Positions 55,301 to 64,000 of a stretch of 64,000 bases of DNA are shown one piece after another. The position numbers were made by a program, and so were the translations under genes. Each line of letters starts with the position of its first letter. Position 1 is the stretch's first letter. The stretch lies in the sequence record LR745208.1; one strand, given 5' to 3'. A model generated the notes under the pieces. It saw only the letters and a program-made list of their open reading frames with translations, did no database searches and had not been told where the DNA came from.

Positions 55301-56554
55301 GGTTGCTGCTGCCCCCGCTGCCAGGGTCGTGAAGTCAGCCGCCAGAAGGGTAGGCGTGGAATCCACAACCCATGAGGGACTGGTTCCAACCTTCCACGCC
55401 TGGATGGACGTGATCCACGCACTGAACTGTGACGCTGTACCGTTGCATAGCAGGTCCAGGGTTCCAGCGATGCTCACGTTGCCTAGTACTGCCCCAGTGA
55501 CTGTTGGGTACGTGGTGGCACCACCGTTGACCCGATAACCCACCCTCGTGGCAATCCCGCCACCGGCACCAACGTACAGGTCAAGAGAGTCATACTGTGC
55601 CCAGGAGAGAGCAACGGTAGTGTTGGTGACCCCACCGATACTAATCGTCATCACGCCAGTACTGGCAATTTCACAGTAGTCTGACCCGCTGGTCCACACC
55701 CTTGAAGTTGCTGTGAAGTTTGCAGCAGTGCTCTTTGGACGGAGACTGACTGAGAAGGCTAGGCGCCCAGACCGAACTAGGGTACTAGCTGTGGGATGAT
55801 AGAGACGCTCTGGTGAGCGGGTAGAGTTGGCACCTGCTACTAGGATTGCCTCGCTGACCCAACCACCCGCCTCACTTTGTACCAAGTCCACCACAAAATC
55901 TCGGGCCGCTGCTGCGATAGGAGCATTACTCCTACCCTCTACAGGACCAAGGTACACAGTGGAGTTACCCACCGGGGATTGAACATTAGAGTACCTAGTG
56001 AATGCAGTGGTTCCAGTCGTACCGGTTACGTGGGAATTGAGGGTTCCAAATTGCATCAAGATACCAACAGTATCGTTGGTTCCTGGAGTTGTGGCCCGCA
56101 TCCAGCCCGACAGGGCTACAGGAGCACCCACTGTTTGGGACGAGGGTCCAAGGTTGCAGACCTGACCAGAGGCCGCACTCATGCGGAACGCTGTGGTGGG
56201 TGAACCATCAACACCGGCGGCATATGCTTGCGTAGTGGTCCCACCTTGTGCAGACCACCCGGTCACACCATCTCTATTGTTGAGGATCTTGTTAACCCGA
56301 GTTTCCTCCAGAACCAATCCAGGTAGGTCGGTGTCTAATCTCCTACCGACGCGGGGCACGTTGGCGGTGATATTGGTGGTAACGACTTGGGACGTGCCCG
56401 TCTGTACGGTCTCTGAGGCTGCTGTACCTGCTGCCCTAGCTAGAACTAGTACATCCGGTAGTTTGGTTGACGTGAGCCCGCCCAGAGGCAGGACAGTGAA
56501 GTCTGCGTCAAGTAGCTTGTCACTATCCTGTGCCCAAAATGGTTTCGTACTCAT
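52358..56554 (-). CDS. Modular fibre/lectin protein (1398 aa): three A-B-C units with one LamG module inserted
   Basis: Three copies each of AGTAASETVQTG and ERLY(H/Y)P...CNGTASQFSAW, plus one LamG module. Confidence 0.8.
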   Translation of the reverse strand: MSTKPFWAQDSDKLLDADFTVLPLGGLTSTKLPDVLVLARAAGTAASETVQTGTSQVVTTNITANVPRVGRRLDTDLPGLVLEETRVNKILNNRDGVTGWSAQGGTTTQAYAAGVDGSPTTAFRMSAASGQVCNLGPSSQTVGAPVALSGWMRATTPGTNDTVGILMQFGTLNSHVTGTTGTTAFTRYSNVQSPVGNSTVYLGPVEGRSNAPIAAAARDFVVDLVQSEAGGWVSEAILVAGANSTRSPERLYHPTASTLVRSGRLAFSVSLRPKSTAANFTATSRVWTSGSDYCEIASTGVMTISIGGVTNTTVALSWAQYDSLDLYVGAGGGIATRVGYRVNGGATTYPTVTGAVLGNVSIAGTLDLLCNGTASQFSAWITSIQAWKVGTSPSWVVDSTPTLLAADFTTLAAGAAATLPGGLAFARALGTAASETVQTGTSTVVTTGLIANVARVGRRLTTDTLGLVLEESRVNWFPYARAPNAVGLAAGSGDSYPTTNNAQPDGGVLGIEMVVPSGGWGKNWNTASTTHVMSQWVIKGPGTGAYGMAQQQASAADGSAVGGIAATSYTRIITTSATSQYAQPCDGRALNGVAAGARDVVVDLIHWESGRWSSEAIVSAGASATRNGERLYHPTASSLVQAGRLSLSVSLRPKCTPANFTATSRVWTSGSDYCEIASTGVMTISVGGVTNVTSAITWAAYDTLDIYVATGGGSVTQVTYRVNGGIPTYVTVTGLPLGNVSTASTLDLLCNGTASQFSAWITNITAWKSGQVPTWAITEPTILNADFTALTPGAVATLPSGFVLTRTAGTAASETVQTGLSTVVTTGITANVARAGRHLSPYTARNYPQALQFDGTVKYGTATAVPFAAATQTTLCGWVKNPNNVGGEIILETSSDSGVANAFFLLNNGSGTLQMRVHDQTNARTSTVNTGALATNRWYRFTLVIDETLGSAQALIYLDGIANTASRPSDQQCLAGIDTNSLVVGLRVGGTNRFSGSLVLDRITTGKAYTAAEALAEYQTGVYPSGGTLLANYNWTNITGQTTIIDNGTGAKNIVLTNSPVWTNTDTPSIFPVGLVLEETRTNSVPASHSIPSGTTLGWTAGTGTTTVGQAAPDGSTAAVSIVCTSAQYGSYNSGAASVTSGLTYTVSQWTKAVSVGANDTYGSWTQSPLTNFITGTATANWLRYAFSPLAATGTANVQYVPNDGRAATPGLSAANRSMYIDMPQVELGKWPSEAIITAASATATRSPERLYYPVAANLITNGRLAISISLRPKSTAANFTATSRVWTSGSDYCEIASNGVMTISVGGVTNTTAAIVWAQYDSLDLYIATGGNVATTVAYRVNGGAKTSPAVAGATLGNISVASTLDVLCNGTASQFSAWVTNVSVWKWTNGARPSWV

Positions 56555-56555
56555 A

Positions 56556-59500
56556 TTAGCGCCATACCGTGATGTTAGTTATCCAAGCTGAGAACTGGTT
56601 AGCCGTACCATTGCATAGCAGGTCAATTGTGGTACTGGCTGTCGAGACGTTACCCAATACTGCCCCTGCGATGCCAGGGGCTTGTGTGGCACCATTGTTC
56701 ACCCTGTACCATACCTGTGTGGCTTGGCTGCCACCAGCGGCTACGTAGATGTCTAGGGTGTCATATTGAGCCCAGACAATCGCTGATGTGGTATTGGTCA
56801 CGCCACCAATGGAGATTGTCAGGACACCAGCCGTACTGATCTCAGCGTAGTCTGCACCACTTGTCCACAGCCTACTAGCAGCCGTGAAGTTGGCCGCCGT
56901 GGACTTGGGTCGGAGCGTGAACGAGATAGCCAGACGACCACCAAGGATCAAACTGGCAGCCGACGGGTGGTAGAGTCGCTCTGGTTGACGAGTCGAATCA
57001 GCCCCAACCGAATAGATGAACTCTGATGCCCACTTACCAGACTCCCACTGCATCATATCTATGACGGCATCCTTATTAGCTGCCGCTACACCGCCGATGG
57101 TAACCTCATTTCTTGCATCTTGTGGAACCAAGTAGGCGCCACCACCTGCTAGAACAGTGGTAGTCATAACCCTAGCGTAGGCCGTTGCGGCTGTCCCCGC
57201 TGTACTTGTCGACGGTGGTGTGTTTGGAAGGGCAGTCTCCTGATTTGTAAGCTGGTAAGTACCTGCCCCTGGGCCCTTTAGCACCCACTCTGAAGCCGTG
57301 TAGGTCCCAGAGATTGCCCCTAGAGATCGATACCTGGAAAACCCTACGGATGTAACCACAACCTCAACACCAGCTGTACCACCATCTGGTTGAGCATTGT
57401 TGGTTGTGGGGTAGGAGTCTAGTGAACCTGCCGTAAGACCAGCATTGTTAGGAAGACGAGACCAGATCATATTATTGATCCTTGTCTCCTCCAAAACCAG
57501 ACCTGCTTTATCAGTGTCCAATCTCCTACCAACACGGGCAATGTTGGCGCCCATACCCGCTGTAACGACCGTGGAGGTACCCGTCTGTACGGTTTCGGAG
57601 GCTGCTGTACCGGCGGCACGGGTGAGCACCAAGGAGCCCGGTAAGGTCGTCAGAGCGCCTGGGGTTTGTGAGGTGAAGTCTACGCTAAGTACGGTGTTGT
57701 AGCGGTTGTTGAAGTAGGCTTCAAGGGCTGCAATCTCCGCAGCAGATGGCACTGTGCTCGTTACTATGACTTCACAGACTTCGATGTTGGTGGTGCGAGT
57801 ACCTAATGCGTTCCCGCCTAATGTAAAGCCTTGTCCCGCAGACGCCCCCGTACCACTGGACACAACATCAACCCCGTTGACACGGATCTTTGAAGATACC
57901 CCATTAAAAGTGAGAACTGCATGAGCATAGGACCCCTCGGCAATAATTGGTGCTGCCGAGGTAAATGGGCTTCCTGCGTACAGCTTGGATTCCTTGGGTG
58001 GGACATTGTATGACGACATAAACATGGTGGTGTCCGTAGTCCCATCAAATACCCCATCCTTTCCAGCGGTCCCAATGGTCACATGTCTGTACACAATGAA
58101 CACAGTGCTTGGCTGGACCAGCGTAAACGCAGCCTGCAAGTAATCGTTCACACCGTCGAACAGCACGGCTGGTTGACCGGCAGCCCCAACGACCACCCTG
58201 GGTTGGTTGGCTACCGTAGCTTGTGTGAGTGCCCTACCAGTGTGCCCAGAGAGGTCTGCCCAAGAGGCCACTGTACCATTGACGATGGTCAACCCTCGGT
58301 CAGCCCTGCACCACAACTGAACACCAGAGATGGTGCTTGGGACTTCGTTGTCCTGGACCCTTGGGTGTGAAGGGGTATCGTTGTTCCAGATGGCTAGCGT
58401 CGGGGCTACCACTCCGGTGTAACCACCCGCTGAGTCAGATAACGCGGTACCAGATCCTTCAACCCCGTCCCACGAGGCTACCAGATTGGCCGTTACTGGT
58501 CTGCCTGTAAGATATACGGAACGGATCTCAGCGGGGGTCAGGTTTCGGTTATAGTACCTGACCGCAGCTAGGCTACCTCCAAAGTGGTAGTAGACCGACC
58601 CACTCCAACCAAACAGGAGGTCAGCAGTAGCAATCACCATGTCAGAGGCCACAGTGGTTCGTGCCAGTAAGGCCCCGTCCCTGTAGATGGAGAGTACCTT
58701 AGCTGCGTAGGTACAGACAATGTGATTCCACCCGGGGTGGATATTGATACTTGGACCATTGGGCCAGCTGTTTACCCAAAAGATAAATCCAAGCTGCCCA
58801 GGAGAACGGGTAATTGCCCAACCGTCCGTGCTCCAACCGGCTCCAGACGAGCTCTTCAAGAAGAGTGTTTCGTATGTACCTGCTGCGGCTGGTAGGTTGA
58901 CATAGAATTCTAGTGAGAAGGTGGAGCCTCTAAGCGCAGGGGAGTCAGTCACGCGGACCCCACCATTACCAACATCTCCAGCGGCCACTGTCCGTAAACT
59001 ATAGGGGATGTTCCTGATCTGTGGACGTGCCTGTGATGGGGTATCGGTGGTCCACACCGGGCTGTTGGTCAGAGCAATGTTCTTTGCCCCAGTACCGGAA
59101 TCTACAATGCTCGTGAAGCTAGTGTTTGGGTTCCAGGCATAGTTCGCCAGAATAGTACCACCAGTGGGGTAGCGACCAGTCTGATACTCTGAAAGGACTT
59201 CAGCGGCCGAGTAGGCTTTACCGATGGTGATCCTATCGACTACAACGTTACCAGTAAATGGAAATGTTGCCGCACCACGCATTCCAATATACAGGTCGTC
59301 AGTTGCGATTCCCGCTAGACAATGGGAATCCGTGCTCTGTATTGTACCACTAGCTGAGCCATTCAAGTATAGTGCCGTTTGTAAACTTGCCAAGGTTTGG
59401 TCAAGAACCATGGTGACCCGAACCCAGCTAACGGTGTCAACAGCACCTACGGCAGATAGGCGTAATGAGTATCCGACTGCATCATGGGCACCAAATACCA

Positions 59501-59732
59501 ATCGATGTGTAGGTTGATCCCAGTATAGTACTAGACTGTTACCAACACCGTAGTTTGTTGATGTTTCAAAGATAACCTGTGATGCTGCCCCAACCACGAT
59601 TTTCAACCACAAATGGATGGTAAGCTGTGTAGCATTGGCAAATGGTACAGCAGTAGCCTTCCCGTACATGGTTGTACCGGGATTATTGAAGGATAGACTG
59701 TGCGTGATATCCCGTTGAGTTACGCGCGACAT
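56556..59732 (-). CDS. Modular LamG/concanavalin-like fibre protein (1058 aa)
   Basis: Two LamG domains (FSLEFYV, WNHIVCTY..KVLSIYRDG), a WCRADRG..SWADLSG..LFDGVNDYL domain, then an A-B-C unit. Confidence 0.8.
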   Translation of the reverse strand: MSRVTQRDITHSLSFNNPGTTMYGKATAVPFANATQLTIHLWLKIVVGAASQVIFETSTNYGVGNSLVLYWDQPTHRLVFGAHDAVGYSLRLSAVGAVDTVSWVRVTMVLDQTLASLQTALYLNGSASGTIQSTDSHCLAGIATDDLYIGMRGAATFPFTGNVVVDRITIGKAYSAAEVLSEYQTGRYPTGGTILANYAWNPNTSFTSIVDSGTGAKNIALTNSPVWTTDTPSQARPQIRNIPYSLRTVAAGDVGNGGVRVTDSPALRGSTFSLEFYVNLPAAAGTYETLFLKSSSGAGWSTDGWAITRSPGQLGFIFWVNSWPNGPSINIHPGWNHIVCTYAAKVLSIYRDGALLARTTVASDMVIATADLLFGWSGSVYYHFGGSLAAVRYYNRNLTPAEIRSVYLTGRPVTANLVASWDGVEGSGTALSDSAGGYTGVVAPTLAIWNNDTPSHPRVQDNEVPSTISGVQLWCRADRGLTIVNGTVASWADLSGHTGRALTQATVANQPRVVVGAAGQPAVLFDGVNDYLQAAFTLVQPSTVFIVYRHVTIGTAGKDGVFDGTTDTTMFMSSYNVPPKESKLYAGSPFTSAAPIIAEGSYAHAVLTFNGVSSKIRVNGVDVVSSGTGASAGQGFTLGGNALGTRTTNIEVCEVIVTSTVPSAAEIAALEAYFNNRYNTVLSVDFTSQTPGALTTLPGSLVLTRAAGTAASETVQTGTSTVVTAGMGANIARVGRRLDTDKAGLVLEETRINNMIWSRLPNNAGLTAGSLDSYPTTNNAQPDGGTAGVEVVVTSVGFSRYRSLGAISGTYTASEWVLKGPGAGTYQLTNQETALPNTPPSTSTAGTAATAYARVMTTTVLAGGGAYLVPQDARNEVTIGGVAAANKDAVIDMMQWESGKWASEFIYSVGADSTRQPERLYHPSAASLILGGRLAISFTLRPKSTAANFTAASRLWTSGADYAEISTAGVLTISIGGVTNTTSAIVWAQYDTLDIYVAAGGSQATQVWYRVNNGATQAPGIAGAVLGNVSTASTTIDLLCNGTANQFSAWITNITVWR

Positions 59733-59757
59733 ACTGGCCTCAAGTCATCTATGCTGG

Positions 59758-61857
59758 TCATAGCGCCCACTCCGCTTTGGCGTACGCTTCCCACGTTGCA
59801 ATCTCTGCTGCTGAAGGAATGGCCGAGAGTACCCGTAGTTCGTGAAGGAGAGAGTTGGTGGGTCGGGTTACATTCCCCGTCCCGCTGCCCATCCCACCCA
59901 TTGTCACACCAGTGGTTCCAGGACCTAAGTTACCTGTACCCCGACCCATCTCGACCCCGTTTACGCGAATGAAGGATGCGTTACCACCGCTACCACCATG
60001 ACAAAACACGGCATATACGTAAACACCATTTCCAGCGGCACCAGCGTATGTAGCACTAATACCGACGGAGTCGTCATAGATCCTAGTGAATGGTGTTGCT
60101 GGATCAACCCATACCACCCGTCTCGCAGAGGCGATATCGTCAATCAATCCATCGTTGGTTCCAAAGATGGGCGGGGTTACGAACTTGTAGACCATCATAT
60201 ACGTAATAGGTGTGGCAAGAGTGACCCCCCAAGTAATATTGAGGAAATCGTTTACACCGTCGAACAGCAGTCCAGGTCTACCATTAGACCCACGTGACAG
60301 CAACGGCCGTACGGTTGTAAGTGCAGCTGATGGACGGGCCAGCCTACGATTAAGGTACCCTCTCGTGTCACCCACGGATTCCACGGCCCCACCAATCATC
60401 TCGACATAGCGATCTGGGCGGATTATGAGTTCCTGGTTGGCAATACCTAGGTCAATGTCCCTGAGGCGTGCGTGGCAAGGCGAATCGTTTGTCCACCGGG
60501 GGACATTTATGCTACCATGAAAACTGTTGCCCGAAAAGTCTGTGAGAACACCACCCGACCCATCACTATATTGCCAATCAAGGATCAACCCATTTGTTAC
60601 GCGCCCGTTTTTGGAGGCGAAACTGATCTCTGTTAGAGACAGAACTCGTGAGTGTTGGCGGACGAGAGCGATCTTCCCATTGAACGGGTAGGCATTGTTC
60701 GTTGTACCGTCGACACAAAATGTTCCGTTGCACTGAGTGAGAGCCAGTACTGCCATCCCCACCAGGGCACCATTCACATATACCTTATTTGTTGTTGTCC
60801 CACTATCGTAAGTCAATATTAGACTGAACCACTCCCCTGTGGGGACTATGAAGTCAATTCCTGTTGTGTAACTGCTCTGCCAAAATCTCAGGATGTGGTT
60901 CGGTTGACCATTGATGGCCGAAAGCCCCCAACCGTCATTCCACGCGGAGCTGGTTGTTTTCGTACAGATGCTCTCATAGTTGGGGTTTGCTCCAGCTTTA
61001 TTGCGTTTGACCTTTAGCTCAATAGTGAAACTTGCAGGCTTGATCGTAGCATTGTCAGCTAGTTCGGTCTTGGCGGTTGTGGTCCCGTCTATGCTGTACG
61101 GCATCTCGACGATCGCCCTCTTAGCCTGTATGGGAGTATTCAGGCTCCACACGGGGCTGTTCGTCAACGTGACGTTCTTGGCCCCAGTGCCGGAGTCCGT
61201 GATGATCGTCATCGAATTGTTCGGTGTCCAGTCGTAGTTCGCTAGAATGGTCCCACCAGTCGGGTATCTTGCCGTGGTGTACTCTGAGAGTGCTTCAGCG
61301 ACGGTATACGCCTTACCTATCGTCACCCTATCAACGATCAGGTTACCTATAAGCGGGAACGCAGCTCCCGCGCCCCGACATCCAAAATACATATCATTGG
61401 TATCGATACCAGTGACCACGTTCTGGTTGTTAGGACGAGCATTGACATTGAGAACACCGGCCACATAGATGTTGACCTGATTGCTGGCTACGGACTGGTC
61501 AATCGTGAGGAGCACACGCATCCACTGATCGAATGGTAGGGCAGATGTATTGGCCCTATTCGCCAGACCGCCTCCTTGCGTGTACCAAGACAGGATGTTA
61601 CCATCTCTGAATAACCAGAAAGTCTTCGCACCACCTGTGGTTCCATTCGTGGTCATCTCCAAGATGGTTTCTGTCGTGACAGAAACGGAGAGCCTCAACC
61701 AAATGGCGATGGTGATCTGGGTGGCGTTGGCGAAAGGCACTGCCGTAGCAATGCCGTACTGTGTCGTTCCAGGCGAGTTAAACAGCACCGAGTGCGTGAT
61801 GTCCCGGATCACGACACGCGACGAGTCTGGTACTTCTCTGGTCCAAGTGCTTGTCAT
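59758..61857 (-). CDS. Modular LamG protein (699 aa)
   Basis: Module D, a second LamG (FTIELKV, WFSLILTYD..NKVYVNG) and an LFDGVNDFL domain. Confidence 0.8.
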   Translation of the reverse strand: MTSTWTREVPDSSRVVIRDITHSVLFNSPGTTQYGIATAVPFANATQITIAIWLRLSVSVTTETILEMTTNGTTGGAKTFWLFRDGNILSWYTQGGGLANRANTSALPFDQWMRVLLTIDQSVASNQVNIYVAGVLNVNARPNNQNVVTGIDTNDMYFGCRGAGAAFPLIGNLIVDRVTIGKAYTVAEALSEYTTARYPTGGTILANYDWTPNNSMTIITDSGTGAKNVTLTNSPVWSLNTPIQAKRAIVEMPYSIDGTTTAKTELADNATIKPASFTIELKVKRNKAGANPNYESICTKTTSSAWNDGWGLSAINGQPNHILRFWQSSYTTGIDFIVPTGEWFSLILTYDSGTTTNKVYVNGALVGMAVLALTQCNGTFCVDGTTNNAYPFNGKIALVRQHSRVLSLTEISFASKNGRVTNGLILDWQYSDGSGGVLTDFSGNSFHGSINVPRWTNDSPCHARLRDIDLGIANQELIIRPDRYVEMIGGAVESVGDTRGYLNRRLARPSAALTTVRPLLSRGSNGRPGLLFDGVNDFLNITWGVTLATPITYMMVYKFVTPPIFGTNDGLIDDIASARRVVWVDPATPFTRIYDDSVGISATYAGAAGNGVYVYAVFCHGGSGGNASFIRVNGVEMGRGTGNLGPGTTGVTMGGMGSGTGNVTRPTNSLLHELRVLSAIPSAAEIATWEAYAKAEWAL

Positions 61858-63167
61858 GTTAGGGTACCCGTATTAGTCCCGGTGGTGTCTGCAATCACAG
61901 TCCCGGTGCCTTCAGTGATGGGCCACGTCGACACGAGACCTGTCGTCGGTTTACGGCCGGTGAGGTACCACGCTCGTATCTGAGCCGGTGTCAGGGCAAC
62001 GTTGTGGAATGAGGCATCAGCATAGTAAGCGCCTACTATTGCGGCGCTCGCTGATGCGTAACCTCCAATTGCCATCTGGGTGGCATCATTGTTCTTTGTC
62101 ATCAGTCCAGACACAACCATACACCCGTCCACGTACACAGCGGACCCGTTTGCTACGCCACTCTGGTACACAAACGCTACCCAATGCCAACGGTCATCGT
62201 TGATATAGTAGTTGCTGGTCCGATGTGTGGTGGTTGCGTAATCGTAGAACCCAAGCACGGGGGTGGCGATGCTGTTCAACGTACAGATAAGCCATGCATT
62301 GTCCTTAGCTACTAATCCCCAGAAGGTGGCTGAAGCTGTAAGAGTCTTAGGTATCTTTGTCCAGAATGCTACTGTCCCGTTCGCCGTCTGGAGAGATGCA
62401 GCGTTACCAACAGTAATCTTGTCACCGATAGCATTGATCTGCACACTGTATGGGATCTGTACCTTTTGGTGTCTGGCAGAGACAGGTGTATCGAGTGACC
62501 ATACTGGGGCAGTAAGAGTGATGTTCTTCGCTCCTGTGCCCGAGTCTGTGACCACGGTCATTGAATTGTTGGGGGTCCAATCGTAACTTGCCAGAATAGT
62601 ACCACCAGTGGGGTAGCGGGCGGTCTGGTATTCGGAGAGGGCTTCAGCGGCGGTATACGCCTTACCTGTGGTAATTCTATCAACGACCAAACCGCCGCTG
62701 AGTGGGAGTGTGACGCTATTACGCGCCGCGAAGTACATGTTATTAGTCGCGATGCCTGCGGTGCAGTTCTGATTGGACGTGTAAGTGAGCGGTGATGGGG
62801 CACCGTTGATGTACAACTTCCCTTGTGATGACGAGACACTTTGATCGATGACGTGTACAAAACGCAACCAGACGCCTATAGGTAGTGGTGCTGTGTAGCC
62901 AGAGCAAATCAGTCCTCCGTGAGTCGCATCTGCATGAGCGGCATACAGGGTATTTTGTGCTGCGAAAACCCCACTGCTCAATACGAAAGCGTTAGCAGCA
63001 GAATACAGCCCGCTCGTTTCGTACACGAAACCATCGCCTATACGGAGCTTTACCCACCCGCAGATCGTCACCTGCGTTGCATTCGCGAAGGGTACGGCTG
63101 TGGCCACGCCAGATGTCACACCCTTACAATCAATGGAGTGTGTGATATCTCTAAGTATCTGCCTCAT
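61854..63167 (-). CDS. Tandem LamG protein (437 aa)
   Basis: Module D plus a second LamG (TVAFWTK, WHWVAFVY..SAVYVDG). Start placed at MRQILRDITHS. Confidence 0.8.
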   Translation of the reverse strand: MRQILRDITHSIDCKGVTSGVATAVPFANATQVTICGWVKLRIGDGFVYETSGLYSAANAFVLSSGVFAAQNTLYAAHADATHGGLICSGYTAPLPIGVWLRFVHVIDQSVSSSQGKLYINGAPSPLTYTSNQNCTAGIATNNMYFAARNSVTLPLSGGLVVDRITTGKAYTAAEALSEYQTARYPTGGTILASYDWTPNNSMTVVTDSGTGAKNITLTAPVWSLDTPVSARHQKVQIPYSVQINAIGDKITVGNAASLQTANGTVAFWTKIPKTLTASATFWGLVAKDNAWLICTLNSIATPVLGFYDYATTTHRTSNYYINDDRWHWVAFVYQSGVANGSAVYVDGCMVVSGLMTKNNDATQMAIGGYASASAAIVGAYYADASFHNVALTPAQIRAWYLTGRKPTTGLVSTWPITEGTGTVIADTTGTNTGTLT

Positions 63168-63274
63168 AGCGTCGACCTCCATGCCAGTCCGCCGTAAAAC
63201 GGCTCAGCCGCCCCCGTGAGGCGCAGGAACGCGTCGAGGTTGTCGGCAGCGGGGGGTGCGAAAGTGAAACCCAC
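63164..63274 (-). CDS. 36-aa micro-ORF missed by the ORF track
   Basis: GTG overlaps the upstream TAG (TAGTG) and TGA overlaps the downstream ATG (ATGA): (M)GFTFAPPAADNLDAFLRLTGAAEPFYGGLAWRSTL. Confidence 0.55.
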   Translation of the reverse strand: MGFTFAPPAADNLDAFLRLTGAAEPFYGGLAWRSTL

Positions 63275-63564
63275 TATGCCACCGTCATTCCGGCACCCAC
63301 TGCGAGATTCTGACCCAATGCGACCAGGACACGTCGCAGAGCATCCACGTCCTCCTGTGCGATGACACCGTCCGTCACTGCCTTGGTGAGATTGAACTCC
63401 CCACGTAGGCGGTCCAGCACTCGGCCATTGGCCCGCACCGCAAGCACCCTCCCCACATTGAGACTTGGACTGCCGTCAGGGTCAATGGCTACGGCGAAGT
63501 TGATGATGTGCTCTGGGTCCCCGACCACTACTGAAAGAGCACTGCTTGCGATTGGATCAGCCAT
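63274..63564 (-). CDS. Hypothetical protein (96 aa)
   Basis: AGGAGG SD before ATG 63564 (MADPIASS). Confidence 0.6.
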   Translation of the reverse strand: MADPIASSALSVVVGDPEHIINFAVAIDPDGSPSLNVGRVLAVRANGRVLDRLRGEFNLTKAVTDGVIAQEDVDALRRVLVALGQNLAVGAGMTVA

Positions 63565-63800
63565 GGACTTGCCTCCTGAATTCTTCTTCTTCCCCTTATT
63601 CCAGGGGGTGTTCCCTATATGGGCATCAACCATATGCTGTCTATAGGCAGGATCTTACCATCTCTCCTTACCTAATTCCCGCAACCTCTCTTTAGCTTCC
63701 TCTGTTTGACTTAGCCCCTTGTTCCAGGCCACCTGACCCATGTGGGAGGCACTAGCCTTAGCACGAGTCTCCTCGGGCATGACCCCATACCTTTATTCCA
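63565..63800 (-). pseudogene. Degenerate NUMOD3-type (WNKG repeat) homing endonuclease remnant
   Basis: GWNKGM, then a frameshift to MPEETRAKASASHMGQVAWNKGLSQTEEAKERLRELGKERW*DPAYRQHMVDAHIGNTPWNKGKKK, with in-frame TAA at 63655-63657; no nuclease domain. Confidence 0.7.
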
Positions 63801-63833
63801 CCCCCATTATCCCAATAGGTATAGGAGGATAAC

Positions 63834-64000
63834 CTAGAGGGCCACCACAGCCCCATCAGCGGACATTGCCTGCCACTCTACGAAGAACTGGATGACACCA
63901 CTACTTGCACCGGCATCCTTCGTGAACAGAAACTCAATGTCAGTATTGATGGCTCCAGTTTTCTGGGTCATCTCAAACATCGTGGTGGGGACTTGGTTCA
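63834..64000 (-). CDS. 3' end of a gene entering from the right edge
   Basis: Open frame ...NQVPTTMFEMTQKTGAINTDIEFLFTKDAGASSGVIQFFVEWQAMSADGAVVAL-TAG (63834-63836). Confidence 0.65.
   Translation of the reverse strand, partial: NQVPTTMFEMTQKTGAINTDIEFLFTKDAGASSGVIQFFVEWQAMSADGAVVAL

Larger units (their letters stand above)
50072..63167 (-). repeat. Dispersed protein-module repeats across five genes
   Basis: Module A (AGTAASETVQTG) x5 near 51064, 54117, 55254, 56415, 57598; module C (ERLY(H/Y)P) x5 near 50470, 52795, 54655, 55795, 56965; module D (YP(T/S)GGT(I/L)LA(N/S)Y) x4 near 53465, 59150, 61245, 62595. 29 identical nt at 59146-59174 and 62590-62618. Confidence 0.9.

Noticed and set aside
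50072-63167. Diversity-generating retroelement (TR/VR pair) in the fibre repeats
   Set aside because: By inspection, differences between module copies involve all bases and are largely synonymous rather than adenine-specific, and there is no reverse transcriptase in the window.
1-64000. Stop-codon reassignment
   Set aside because: Long genes are intact in the standard code and TAA, TAG and TGA all end genes; the only internal stop seen is in an obviously decayed remnant.
1-64000. tRNA, rRNA or CRISPR array
   Set aside because: Intergenic gaps are short; no cloverleaf, rRNA-like tract or regularly spaced 25-45-nt repeats were seen.

Overview
This window is about 64 kb of a large (jumbo-type) contractile-tailed bacteriophage genome, or an equivalent phage-derived element. 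It is almost entirely a minus-strand morphogenesis region. In transcription order (right to left) it holds: an array of five modular LamG/head-fibre-like proteins; a collar-like protein; a probable head-tail adaptor gene fractured by an atypically split intein, with a TnsA-like PD-(D/E)xK endonuclease between the halves and two more endonucleases on the flanks; an accessory block (2H phosphoesterase, metacaspase, vWA protein); neck genes; an actin-fold ATPase; a tail terminator-like gene; a giant 1652-aa sheath; a metzincin lipoprotein; the tube; a GIY-YIG endonuclease; two chaperone-like genes; the tape measure; two tube-initiator-like paralogues; a hub with an inserted GH73 domain; and a truncated baseplate gene. 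Two plus-strand islets (3.9-5.0 kb and 39.8-42.5 kb) are each preceded by the same sigma28-type promoter (CTAAAAAGT-N10-TGCCGATAGGGT). A CTATC motif recurs 13-17 nt upstream of several late genes. All product calls rest on motifs and gene order recognised by eye; no database searches were run. I saw no rRNA, tRNA or CRISPR array.
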